DNA from: Naegleria gruberi
Taxonomy: Eukaryota
Direction: 5' to 3' (one strand)
NCBI GenBank assembly: GCA_000004985.1
Contig: GG738854.1
Length of the DNA stretch: 64,000 nt
Below, one piece after another: positions 36,501 through 45,970 of this stretch. Position 1 is the first letter of the stretch. Each line of letters opens with the position of its first letter. The position numbers and the translations under genes were made by a program. The notes beneath the pieces are model-generated. The model was given only the letters and a program-made list of their open reading frames with translations. It was not told the DNA's origin and made no database searches.

Positions 36501-38024
36501 GACGGTGTTCTCCTCTACAATGCCATTGATGACTTGAAGAGTTTTATCATCTTTTTGTGTGATCAAGTGGTTTGGGAATTTTTCGGTAATGAAATTATTT
36601 CAGCCAAGTTAGGAAGTATGGGTGGATCAGATAACAACTTGGACCAACAAGATGGACAATACGATGACTATGATGATGAAATCATTTTTGGAACTTCTGT
36701 ACCTGCCACTACTGATATTACTAAGAGTCATTTCATAACCGTTCAACAAGCTTACAACTTTTGTAAGACCATTATTGCCGATCACTTGCACAAGAAACTC
36801 TACTCTACAACATTTGAATTGTACGAATATCATTTCAGAGATCAAGATTTAATGATCAATCAAAAGATTAATTCCATCTTGACCACATGTAGCTTGCAAA
36901 ACTTTGGTGTTCACTCTGATTTTATTCCAAAAGATACTTCAGTTAAACCTTATAATGAATGTATTCAATTGATGAAGGAAATTAAATTTTCCAACTCTGT
37001 CGAATCCAAGATTCGTGTCTTATCCAAATTGAGAACACTTGTTATGCAATCCATGAGAAAAGTCAAAGTTGAAAGCAAACAGTTAAAGAAACGTTTATCT
37101 GGCGAATTTGATTATGAAAATGTGGAAAGTGATGACTGGCAACCAGGTGCAGATGATGTAACTTCTCTCTACACTTACTCTTTCATCAAGACCAATATTG
37201 GAAATTATACAGCTTTATTTAATTATGTGAATGATTGGAAATCACCACATACTAGCTTAAAGCCAGTCTCCCATGTTATTTCATTCTTTGAAGGATTCCT
37301 TGCCTACATTATGGACTTGGATCCAAATCTTACTGTAAAACAAAGCGAGTTGGGTGAAAGTATGGGAGATGCTTCAGAGGATAGTTATGTATACATTTCA
37401 AAATATGGTCTGACTAAGCAATTAGAACGAGCTATTGAATTGGCGATCTTTAGAAATCAAAGTAAGAAGGAAAAGATTGAACGTCAAATGCAAAAACCAA
37501 ACTTGGAGCCAGAAGAAATGAAGGACCTTACACATCAACAAAAAGAATTGCAATTGATCAGCTTTTCATGGGTTTCACCTCTCCTTTTATTCGTTTCCTT
37601 ACAGGTCGGTCACATTCAGCTTCAAGTAAACAAGAAAGCTGAGACTACACAATCAGAAACATCTAAAGCTCTATCTATTGAGGTTGTAGAAACAACTCAT
37701 CAAAATATGATTGTTCCAATGGTTGACGGAAGTGGAAATATGCTCAATTTAGCCCAAGCTCTCATGAAGTATCATCCCTTGGTCCAGAGCGTTCTCGATT
37801 CTGCCAAACTTGGATTTAATATTGCTTTGAAATCGGATAAGAAGGAAGGAGTGCAATCTACAACAACAACTGATGAGAAAGCCCAACATCATCAAGATAG
37901 AATTGTTATAGAGTTTGATAAGGAACCATTCCCAAGTTATGTCTATAGTGAGCTTTCTCTTGAAATTGCCAAATTCATCAAATTTGAACTAGAAAATTCT
38001 GACAGTCTTCAATACAAGATTTAA
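33555..38024 (+). CDS. MORN-repeat + VPS9-domain protein (ALS2 C-terminal-like, putative Rab5-family GEF) with a long S/T-rich N-terminus
   Basis: 1489-aa single ORF. MORN repeats are YEGDIIRGKRHGFGKMIF, YFGGFSEDLKDGFGVEV, YYGGWKNGLYHHMGTYQY, YFQGEFKRGTRKGKGKLY and GDVIEGTWSGDK. The VPS9 core signature is GADDVTSLYTYSFIKTNIGNYTALFNYV (cf. GADDFLPVLIYVxIKANP). Confidence 0.75.
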   Translation: MEPSLSENTTTSDISDVSTTNHDNNNNNSTITTSLSESQVDTSTTSTTLNTSSEDPSSSNDQNINPSKSTTTTSDETTSSTTTASTTTDGSDGSTNNVEDPTSSISSDSQKQLIRSASINRPRKALPRPSHHAPSHSSIDFSFESSTIQQALEKNSPFVIDSHASPNTNVQITATSDSPTATTTTLTSSASGNHLTSSNMTTTTQQRRMSHKRSSSDVSGLFGNSALVSNSTTASATVSPVTPEKHDSSAPRKKFTLFGFSFGGKSSSNLHSMAPTIPSNSTTPTLASSPITSSSTNNLPITPVAERGLSSLTSTTTNTTIDQCVTPTSSSLSSEDSSEIMRKKRASDDVSHEVLKYLSDKPPNRVTTTNSSSDEETMKKRQAMHMSQPIGTLGIPEDSNVAGERGSRREIDLINFLGEMNLNQSHGAFDDNNSTGRSVLDDIRVATTPESREQTTYGFKSFLDKVKNKAIFARGVGSPAEEATTPSSLSTTDARTEDDAKSDTTTTTSKTPKKLSEKELRKIKLMQREANQKEMMDGILDKISKNGESFAHLTFFDENDQEWQYIGYIQKYDSSMTDDELYMMYALLGVGGAEEGTTPKAKEKDVKDFTGGIFGDACVCPVLSRLCGRGELKYPNGAVYEGDIIRGKRHGFGKMIFPYKNTLPPPTGKKANNTEQAPPTAIAIGQWILNNPSEAIPFKVTYSNELEYWGTFRAKSKFNSAYVISVGDLEKHKEGELYHVQENKKYFGGFSEDLKDGFGVEVMGNGERYYGGWKNGLYHHMGTYQYIDGSYFQGEFKRGTRKGKGKLYLATGDVIEGTWSGDKIESAVFKKGNCKNVELTHLFQLRTQVNDAIKLFQNVGHMDDSNYLQFLRMTKKECIERPELELKWKYYSLMSKETWRKEKTNLLEYYSKNGDKCNLLDKVVFKNEVIKLLGETIKTEYISPQASFVKGFIEFFDGLYHGSYYAGNNRNQSSGARKVARKDGVLLYNAIDDLKSFIIFLCDQVVWEFFGNEIISAKLGSMGGSDNNLDQQDGQYDDYDDEIIFGTSVPATTDITKSHFITVQQAYNFCKTIIADHLHKKLYSTTFELYEYHFRDQDLMINQKINSILTTCSLQNFGVHSDFIPKDTSVKPYNECIQLMKEIKFSNSVESKIRVLSKLRTLVMQSMRKVKVESKQLKKRLSGEFDYENVESDDWQPGADDVTSLYTYSFIKTNIGNYTALFNYVNDWKSPHTSLKPVSHVISFFEGFLAYIMDLDPNLTVKQSELGESMGDASEDSYVYISKYGLTKQLERAIELAIFRNQSKKEKIERQMQKPNLEPEEMKDLTHQQKELQLISFSWVSPLLLFVSLQVGHIQLQVNKKAETTQSETSKALSIEVVETTHQNMIVPMVDGSGNMLNLAQALMKYHPLVQSVLDSAKLGFNIALKSDKKEGVQSTTTTDEKAQHHQDRIVIEFDKEPFPSYVYSELSLEIAKFIKFELENSDSLQYKI

Positions 38025-38056
38025 ACTTTTTCACATAATTATTTTGTAATATTTAT

Positions 38057-40540
38057 TTAAATATCGAGAGGAAGAGCCCTCACATCTCCAACATTTGTAA
38101 ATGCAGCATACGAGCAATCAAACGAAGAATAATAACTCGATAAGATTATAGGTATCGAATTCTCCTCCATCTTTGAAATATTCAAACATGGTTGCAAGAT
38201 TGAAATCAATCTCTCCGTTGTTATATCCTCTGGATGCCTCACTAAATAATTTTGGAAAACTCCCAATACGTGATCAATCTCCTTTTTGATTTCAGATTGT
38301 GAAATTCCATTCCAGAAATCAGCAGAAAAGACATCAAATGCCTTGTAATACTCTGCAAATGCATTGTTCTTCTTTGAATTTTCCAATTCATAAAGCCATT
38401 CATCATTGTCGGTATTCTTTTCACCAAAAACTTCATAAATTGTTTCAATACTTGAATTATTCATTTCCTTCTTAATCTTGTCAATTGGTTTCAAAATGAA
38501 TTTTCTGGCAATATCTGCTTGTAAACTTTCACAACAAGATGTATCAATTAGCACATTTACATTGAATGAATCTGCCAATATGCACAATTTTTCAGAGTCA
38601 ACCACACATGCACCAACAATCGTATAGTACCTTGAAGTTTTAGTTCCCAAGTTTCCAACCCTAGCTTTCGAACAACTGACACCAATTCTAGGGTAGAAAT
38701 CAGGTCCAACCTGATTGATAGCCTTTGCAAGTTTGAAAGCCAGCTCAACACTCTTTTCAATCAGCTTATCTTGCTCTCCTGGAGAATTAGCCGAAAGTGC
38801 CAATTGTAAAGCAAACTTTGGAAGAACTTGCAAATTAGCTTTGTATACTTTTGTAATCGGTCCAATAGCATTCATAATCTTTTTAAAACCATTCTCAATA
38901 TCACTTGGCTGTTCCATTGAGAAGAAACCCTTCAATTGACAAGTGATTACAACAGTTTGCTTGACAGATAATCCCATTTGGAATAGTGAGCCACCTCCCT
39001 TCTTGGAAGAATGAATTCTCGATTCCAAATCTGCGTGGCTAACTCCATCATTAGTTGTGCCCATGGAATGTTTCGATTCAGCAAAGGATTCATTCTTCTT
39101 GATATTGACAGATCCAAATTCCATCTCAATTGTTTGTGAGTTGATTAATTGTTCAAAAACGTGTTCTGGGATGAAAGATTTAATTTCCTTCAGCCATTGA
39201 ACAGTTGTTTTCAAATTTCCAAAAATGGAATTAATTTCCTTGAAAACTGAATTACCAATATTGACAGTGTCAAGATCAAGGACCTTAATAAGCTCAAATT
39301 GACGTTCTAAAGCTTTCATTGGTTTGGAAACTATAAATCCAATGATAAAACTGACAATGACACCAATAATCATGACAGTGACAGCCACACCAACACTAAT
39401 GCCAGTTGTCATTGTCAAGGATGCAATCACTTCTTCTTGATAAACAACGAAATAGACATTCCATTTCAAATTATCAATCTTGTAAGTGTAATGAGATATG
39501 ATATAACCTATTCCATTAACTGTTTCAGTAATTCTTTTTGGTAATTCATTCAAATCACCATATTTTACACTAATTTCTTTCATTAATTGCCCAGCATCTC
39601 TTTCTGTCAAATTATAAATATGTAAATTAGTATTTCCGTCAGGTGTCAAAGTATTAATTGACCCACCAACTAGAATTCCATTTTGCTGAGAAACCAAACA
39701 AAACCCTTTACCAATCAACACAATCTTACTCAAGAAATCAACAATATTCTGCAGTGAAATGTTTACTCTTGTCACTCCTGTCACCACTTTCTTACCTGTC
39801 TTGTACTGAACTGGATCATACAACTTTGAGGAGTGATAAATGGCCATACTTGATCCATAAGGTTTATAAGCATTGCCATAAACACCTTCAATGCCCAATT
39901 GAGTAGATAATATTATGGTCGAATTGTAATAATCTTGATCTAGGGTATAAAACGGAGTTAAATCCACAGTTGAGTTATATTTGGTTACAACTCCAGTTGT
40001 TACATTTATGGTATCACGCAAAGTTCCGATAAATCCAGGAGGTTGATAGGAATAAACTGGATAGGTTTTGTTTCCAGAACCTGCAGTAGAATAGGTGTAT
40101 TTAGTAGAAGGAGGACCAGCAAAGAAATATCCGCAACTAGAAGTTTTGAATTCTGCAAATTTGGGAAACAGATAAGTTCTAAAATTGGAAGTAGTAGCAA
40201 TTCCATTGTTGTAATCATAGGCAATGGATTTGGAGAGTTTTCCAAGGGGATCCATAAAGGTATTGAGATAGGAAGTGATTTTTTCTCCATTGACATCTAT
40301 CAAGTCATTTGACAGACCCTCAATCACTTGCTTTGTTACAGTGAATGAAGCAATCCAGATACAAAAGCAACTCATGATAAGAAGTATGGATACTACAGAA
40401 ATGATAAATAGATTAATTGGAATTCTTCCACCACACACTCGATAGAAAGTTGAAACATTTTCTTCAGGATTTTTTGAAGTGTCGTTTGACATTACTTCTT
40501 CCATGTCATCGTGGGTTACAGGGACAATTACTTGGACCAT
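38057..40540 (-). CDS. Two-TM receptor with an extracellular Cache-like sensor domain and a C-terminal class III nucleotidyl-cyclase homology domain that looks catalytically degenerate
   Basis: 827-aa ORF. TM1 is LFIISVVSILLIMSCFCIWIASF. A roughly 300-aa extracellular region is Cache-like: MAIYHSSKLYDPVQ...VTGVTRVNISLQ...GFCLVSQQNGILVG. TM2 is ISVGVAVTVMIIGVIVSFIIGFIV. The cyclase-like domain is KQTVVITCQLKGF ... RIGVSCSKARVGNLGTKTSRYYTIVGACVVDSEKL (cf. RIGIHTGxVVAGVIGxKxPRYDVWGDTVNxASRME). The metal-binding Asp residues and the GDTVN motif are replaced. The stop lies 32 bp from the stop of the preceding convergent gene. Confidence 0.55.
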   Translation of the reverse strand: MVQVIVPVTHDDMEEVMSNDTSKNPEENVSTFYRVCGGRIPINLFIISVVSILLIMSCFCIWIASFTVTKQVIEGLSNDLIDVNGEKITSYLNTFMDPLGKLSKSIAYDYNNGIATTSNFRTYLFPKFAEFKTSSCGYFFAGPPSTKYTYSTAGSGNKTYPVYSYQPPGFIGTLRDTINVTTGVVTKYNSTVDLTPFYTLDQDYYNSTIILSTQLGIEGVYGNAYKPYGSSMAIYHSSKLYDPVQYKTGKKVVTGVTRVNISLQNIVDFLSKIVLIGKGFCLVSQQNGILVGGSINTLTPDGNTNLHIYNLTERDAGQLMKEISVKYGDLNELPKRITETVNGIGYIISHYTYKIDNLKWNVYFVVYQEEVIASLTMTTGISVGVAVTVMIIGVIVSFIIGFIVSKPMKALERQFELIKVLDLDTVNIGNSVFKEINSIFGNLKTTVQWLKEIKSFIPEHVFEQLINSQTIEMEFGSVNIKKNESFAESKHSMGTTNDGVSHADLESRIHSSKKGGGSLFQMGLSVKQTVVITCQLKGFFSMEQPSDIENGFKKIMNAIGPITKVYKANLQVLPKFALQLALSANSPGEQDKLIEKSVELAFKLAKAINQVGPDFYPRIGVSCSKARVGNLGTKTSRYYTIVGACVVDSEKLCILADSFNVNVLIDTSCCESLQADIARKFILKPIDKIKKEMNNSSIETIYEVFGEKNTDNDEWLYELENSKKNNAFAEYYKAFDVFSADFWNGISQSEIKKEIDHVLGVFQNYLVRHPEDITTERLISILQPCLNISKMEENSIPIILSSYYSSFDCSYAAFTNVGDVRALPLDI

Positions 40541-41801
40541 TTTTTTTAAGTTGTTTTGATTCTGGTAATGTCAGTTGCCGTCGAATATAGTTGTAAGAAT
40601 TAGAGATGAATTTTGACACCTAGTGACATTATTCGATAACTTTGACTGAACCAATTGAATAAGAGATTGTTTTCTTTCAAAGCCCATTTTTTCTTAAAAT
40701 ACTCTCTAATATGAAAAAATCTCCTCCTTTCAAACAACTTGTAAATAATGATTTTTGTTCAGTTGACCATAATAGTAGAACTTAATCCACTTTTTAGGAC
40801 AAAAAATTAATTTCATTAGAGATTAACCCATTGAATCTCCAAGTCTCAGCGCTGAGACTCAAATTTTACGTCCAGCAGTTTTACATTTCTAGATTTTTGT
40901 TGAAATTGGTGAGGTTTTCAAACTTAATCTCTGATTAATTGAACACCCTAAGGAAATTGTAATTTCAAAATAGGTTTGGCTAGATTCTGGAGGAATGGTT
41001 TCCAATGATGTATCATAATTGAAAGGAATCTCTTTTACATTCATTTTGGAACCATTATCTGATAAATATTGTGAATGAGATTCATAGGAGTAATTGTTCA
41101 AACATCAATTAAACACCAACATCAATCTGTAGCAGTGATTGGAATTTACTAATATTAACACGAAAAGGAATAAGGAATAATATTCCAATACATTTTCTAT
41201 ATCATCTATTGATCAATTTGTAGCAGATTCTGCTGCGTATCTTTCATAGAAGGCTTGATGATAACAACCATCATCATACAACAAGACCTTATTGGTTGAG
41301 GCAACATTTTGTTGCGTTTCGGAATTTCTTGTTTGTTGCCTCACAGATGTAAGCAAACAAGCAAGCAATCAAAAGAGAATCCTCAATCGTGTATGCTTGA
41401 TGGAAGCTTGCCAAATTTCCATGAATATTCAATTCAGGTTACGATTTTGTTTGACCTCGTCTACCAAGATCGCCAGCTACTGGCCTTATCAAAAAAAAAA
41501 CGCTCAGAATGTACCTCAACGCCTGAGTACACAATACACCAGCGCAAAACCACCCAACATACACTTCACGACGTCAAACGAAAAAGGCACAATCGAAAAT
41601 ACATTTTAGTGGCTTGGCGCCAATTGCAGCAATATTTGTGTGCACAACAACGTTCCAAACAGAGAGATTGCCTGCTGTGTGGTTGTTCGATTACAAGAGC
41701 TTTTTCAAACTCTAGAAAAAACTTCACTTTCGCCTCTCAACAATACAATGATAACAATTTGGTGATAAAGAACTTGACCGAAAAGAAACCACAACAACAA
41801 T

Positions 41802-44024
41802 ATGAACAATAAGAAAAATGATAGAAACTCTAAACAAAAGCATGCTGCTGCTGGAAAGAAAAAACCATCATCTACTTCATCTAGTAGTACATTAGCCATT
41901 AATGATGATAGTGTTAACAACAATACATTTCAGACAGCAACATCGACATGCCATAACCATCACAAGGAAACAAATATGAGCAATGCGGGTGTTAATAGTG
42001 ATGATCATACCGAAGGACATCGCATAAAAGTTGAAAGTAGAATAATAGACTCTCCTACCAATACTTTTACGAATAGCGTTCCATCAGCACATCAACAATA
42101 TGACCTGAATAATGATACTAGAAGAGAATATTCTTCATCATCATCGTCATTGGTATCATCAAGTATTCAATCAAGAGGTTTGGAAGGAATATTCTCTCAA
42201 AAGAATGTGGACACAATGATGAATAATATTATTCAGCAAATATTGTCAACATTATCTGTGCAACAAGAACGCATGAATAACATTGAGCAAAAGCAGGACC
42301 ACGGTTTTGCATCCGGCAATACATCATCCATGTTGGTGCCGAATGCATCCACAGACCAACACCAAAAAATACAAGCATGTACCTCCCATGTAAACCATCA
42401 ACAACCTGAAACTCCATCATCCAATGCAAACCAGCAACAACTAGTTATGGATAGAGGTTCCACATCTTCATTCAATAATGGTAGTGGAGATGTTGGCCTG
42501 CAAGGTTCTTCTTCATTCCCATCTTCATCTCATTCCTTATCCAATAATACCACCAATTCTTCTTCTTCCACCAGTACATCTAGCTCGTCATTTAATGATT
42601 CTAAAAAGTTCATGCTCTCCCCTGGTACTAATTCCTCCACCCTAGAATTTATCAATGCTCATAACAATCCTATGTTAGCATCATCTGCAAATCAACAACT
42701 TCATTCACACAATGATCAGCTATCAGATGCTGGTATAAGTCAATTATTCGAGGAATGCAACCATTCAACATTCAACATTGAGCCGCATTCATCCTTGTCA
42801 CTTACAAAATCCACATCTGAATTCAACTTGGAAGATTATCGAGATTTATTCAGTGATGTCAGATCTGTAAGAGAGTTTGGAGATGATACCACCAGTCAAC
42901 AAGAACCAAACACCACCATGGTGGCCCCACAACTACAATCAAACAACAGCAATAGGCAGCAATCAGGTACAGTACTAGATAATTTAAATGAGCCAATGCT
43001 CTGGGGCATGCTTCGCCAATTGCTCAATAATGATACAAACCCTCAAAATGCTCATCAGTATGCATTCAACAATGTATCTGATACCACTTTGACCGCTAAT
43101 TCATCTAATGCTCCTTCTCCATACTATCAAATGGTCTCTACCACATCGAATATACCACCTCCATCAACCAATAATTTTCAACAGAATACCAATAATTTTC
43201 AGTCTCAACCTTATTCCAATGTTAACAATAATAATATGGCTCAATCTTCCCATAATAACAATAATGGAAATAATGGTAATAATATGAGGCAATTAATTTC
43301 TAATCTATATTCCAACTTGAATACAGGTCGACAATCACAACCTGTACTCAAATTGTCAACAATACCAAATTACCAATCAGAGGAAATAGCAGACGAGGAA
43401 GAAGATACAGAAGATTTCCAATTATCTAACCATCCAGCTGATCCACCAACCCTTGATTCAACCAAGCAAATTTTGGGAAGTATTAGAAAGACTCTGTCAC
43501 ATAAGACCAATAACACACCAAATCAATTTCAACACAAATACGGACAACAGGGAGTTCAACAAAAACCCAGTGATGGATTTATCAAATGGCTCTCTGGGCA
43601 ATCGAATCAACAGAATAAGGAGCAAGAAACTGAACTGGTGGAAGAAGCCACTCATCATCAACCAAATTCCAACATGTCTCAATTTAAATTTTATAATGAA
43701 ATGATCTCTGAAAGGAATAACATCCATCCTGCCTCCTCTTCTAGCGATAATACTCCTTCTCATAGTAATAACAGCAATAATCCAATGAAACCTCTCAAAA
43801 TTTTTCAACATGATCCACACAAACAAAAGAGGAAGAAGGATTTACAAAATGGAGAACACATTATCAATTTCCAATCCCCTCAATCCTCTTCAGATAGTAT
43901 AACAACCACAACCACCTCAACAGAATCCACCCCTTGTCCTGAAAAGAATGTAAAAAGAAAACGTAAAGACGACAAGAAGAATGAAACCTCCACAACGAAG
44001 AGTACAAAGAAAAGAAAAGACTGA
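41802..44024 (+). CDS. Low-complexity S/N/Q-rich protein with a Lys/Arg-rich C-terminus (likely nuclear); unknown function
   Basis: 740-aa ORF with an ATG start at 41802. It contains long Ser/Asn/Gln tracts and the C-terminal motif KRKRKDDKKNETSTTKSTKKRKD. Confidence 0.5.
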   Translation: MNNKKNDRNSKQKHAAAGKKKPSSTSSSSTLAINDDSVNNNTFQTATSTCHNHHKETNMSNAGVNSDDHTEGHRIKVESRIIDSPTNTFTNSVPSAHQQYDLNNDTRREYSSSSSSLVSSSIQSRGLEGIFSQKNVDTMMNNIIQQILSTLSVQQERMNNIEQKQDHGFASGNTSSMLVPNASTDQHQKIQACTSHVNHQQPETPSSNANQQQLVMDRGSTSSFNNGSGDVGLQGSSSFPSSSHSLSNNTTNSSSSTSTSSSSFNDSKKFMLSPGTNSSTLEFINAHNNPMLASSANQQLHSHNDQLSDAGISQLFEECNHSTFNIEPHSSLSLTKSTSEFNLEDYRDLFSDVRSVREFGDDTTSQQEPNTTMVAPQLQSNNSNRQQSGTVLDNLNEPMLWGMLRQLLNNDTNPQNAHQYAFNNVSDTTLTANSSNAPSPYYQMVSTTSNIPPPSTNNFQQNTNNFQSQPYSNVNNNNMAQSSHNNNNGNNGNNMRQLISNLYSNLNTGRQSQPVLKLSTIPNYQSEEIADEEEDTEDFQLSNHPADPPTLDSTKQILGSIRKTLSHKTNNTPNQFQHKYGQQGVQQKPSDGFIKWLSGQSNQQNKEQETELVEEATHHQPNSNMSQFKFYNEMISERNNIHPASSSSDNTPSHSNNSNNPMKPLKIFQHDPHKQKRKKDLQNGEHIINFQSPQSSSDSITTTTTSTESTPCPEKNVKRKRKDDKKNETSTTKSTKKRKD

Positions 44025-44091
44025 TTTTCACTAGTTTGGCAATGAACTATATGAAATTAAACACTGATTATTTGGAAATGAAATTTATATC

Positions 44092-45165
44092 TTAATAGTT
44101 GGAATAGTTAAATGTGCCTTCAATGGACTTAATCTCTGCCATATAATCTTTTCTTGCCTCAACATCAGCAATCATCCAATCCATAATGAAACGAAGGAAT
44201 AGTTTGCCATCGCATCGTATATATACAATGTTTGAAGAGCTGGATTCTCTTCTGAGTGAAGGTGAGGATGGGAACCTTTCAAATTTTTTCTTTGTGAAAG
44301 ATGAGCTTGAGGATGGAGAGTAAGGATTCGAATAAGAAGAACTTAAACTTCCATATAAAGAAGTGGATGATTTTCTGTGAGATCTAGAAGCAACCATCAA
44401 CGGGGTTGGGGAGGACTCACTATTTGACAATTTTGAAAATTCTCTCAACATGAGCAATAATGAATCAGGAGAAAGTGCCAAAAGCTCTGAAATATTTTCC
44501 TTCAAAATATTGGAAAAGTTTCTTGCCATCTCCAAAATTACACTTTTCATAATTGAATGCAACAAGTTAGTATCCACAACTCCTCTATCTACACCACTGT
44601 ACACATCATTGATAAAACTTCCATCGTAAACTTTGATCAATTGTCCAAAAAGTTTAAAACAATTCTGAGGTGAAATGTTCATTTGAATTTCATGCTTCAA
44701 ATGTGAAGCTAATGAACCTTGAATCATGTATTTTTGTGAGAAAATTAGGAGGGAGAGACCTTCTTCATCGAGTGAGTATTCTAAACTACCAGTGTAAAAG
44801 CTTTTTACAATTTTGTAAAGTGCTGTTTCTTCGAATAAATCATCAAGGATCAGTTGACCACATAAATTCTCTGAAAAATTGTTGGAGGAGAAGAGTGTTT
44901 GGAAGAATTCAGAATTTATGGATAGAATGCCTTTGTAAACTGAAAGAGTTTGTTGTAATTTTGTAAGAACAATTTGAAAATCTGAAAATTGTGAATTGTC
45001 GAATAATTTTGCAGTGAAATTCGAAACATCCTGAACGTAAACTTTCTTATCTTCATAGGAACGGTTAGTTGAGGATTGAAGGAAGGCTGGAACAGTAGAA
45101 ACTGATGAACGAGACATTTTTTTCTTATTGAAAATTGTTTCGTTTAAGAATTTTTCTTTTATCAT
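44092..45165 (-). CDS. BTB/POZ-domain protein
   Basis: 357-aa ORF. Residues about 55-150 read FSDFQIVL..LSVYKGILSINSEFFQTLFSSNNFSE.LCGQLILDDLFEETALYKIVKSFYTGSLEYS, which matches the BTB consensus (DV.L.V.....AHK.VLAA.S.YF..MF). Confidence 0.5.
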   Translation of the reverse strand: MIKEKFLNETIFNKKKMSRSSVSTVPAFLQSSTNRSYEDKKVYVQDVSNFTAKLFDNSQFSDFQIVLTKLQQTLSVYKGILSINSEFFQTLFSSNNFSENLCGQLILDDLFEETALYKIVKSFYTGSLEYSLDEEGLSLLIFSQKYMIQGSLASHLKHEIQMNISPQNCFKLFGQLIKVYDGSFINDVYSGVDRGVVDTNLLHSIMKSVILEMARNFSNILKENISELLALSPDSLLLMLREFSKLSNSESSPTPLMVASRSHRKSSTSLYGSLSSSYSNPYSPSSSSSFTKKKFERFPSSPSLRRESSSSNIVYIRCDGKLFLRFIMDWMIADVEARKDYMAEIKSIEGTFNYSNY

Positions 45166-45970
45166 TCAACCAAATTTCATGCAGTTACCTTTTTTGGAGT
45201 GAATATTTTGATCATGCTTACCAATTTGCAAAAAAAGATCAATCTGATAATCTATTAATAATGCACACAATTGATTGTTGATCGTTGAATCTCTGTAAAT
45301 GACATTCGTTGATTGCTGACAGAGTTTGATTGAAACAATGCAAACTTATTAACACCAAACAGTAGATAACCACACCACCTTCCAGAATGCATTCTCTTCT
45401 AATTTACTTTTCTTTCAAACTTACTTTCAATTTATAAAATTAAGCAATGTTAAATTTCCTTAATATATAATTTTTAATATTCTTGCATTTTCGTACCTAG
45501 TTAACTTATTGATTCACTAATTCTTTCATAGGACTAATAAATTTCCAAATTCTCAATAGCGTACGAATTGAAAAATTGTAAAAACAATTTCACCTTCCAA
45601 ATAAATACATATTCTCACCTCCAAATATGGCCATACTCAAACATTATCGAAATTCACAACAATTACTCAGCCATTCTCCAAACCGACAAGATTATTCAAA
45701 CACCTACCCATTCATCATCCATTCCTCAATTTTCCTTCATCCAATTCCTCTTGCTCATCATTTCCGAAACCTCGCCATTCATCATGCAACATCACCTCAT
45801 CACCATTTTTGAACCAATCAAAATGCAACCCTCAACAACAATATTTCCATTCTCACAATGCAACATCACTTCCCAAACAGCCCATTCTCACAATTCACAA
45901 GCAAAATGCATTTTCAGAATCTGCATTATCGTTGTTGAATCAAATACACAACAACAACGCATAGAAAAAA

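Noticed and set aside
41292-41812. ORFs 41292-41609 and 41309-41812 upstream of the S/N-rich gene
   Set aside because: They overlap in different frames within a C/A-rich probable 5'UTR or promoter. They have no domain signal, and the same region is better explained as untranslated leader.
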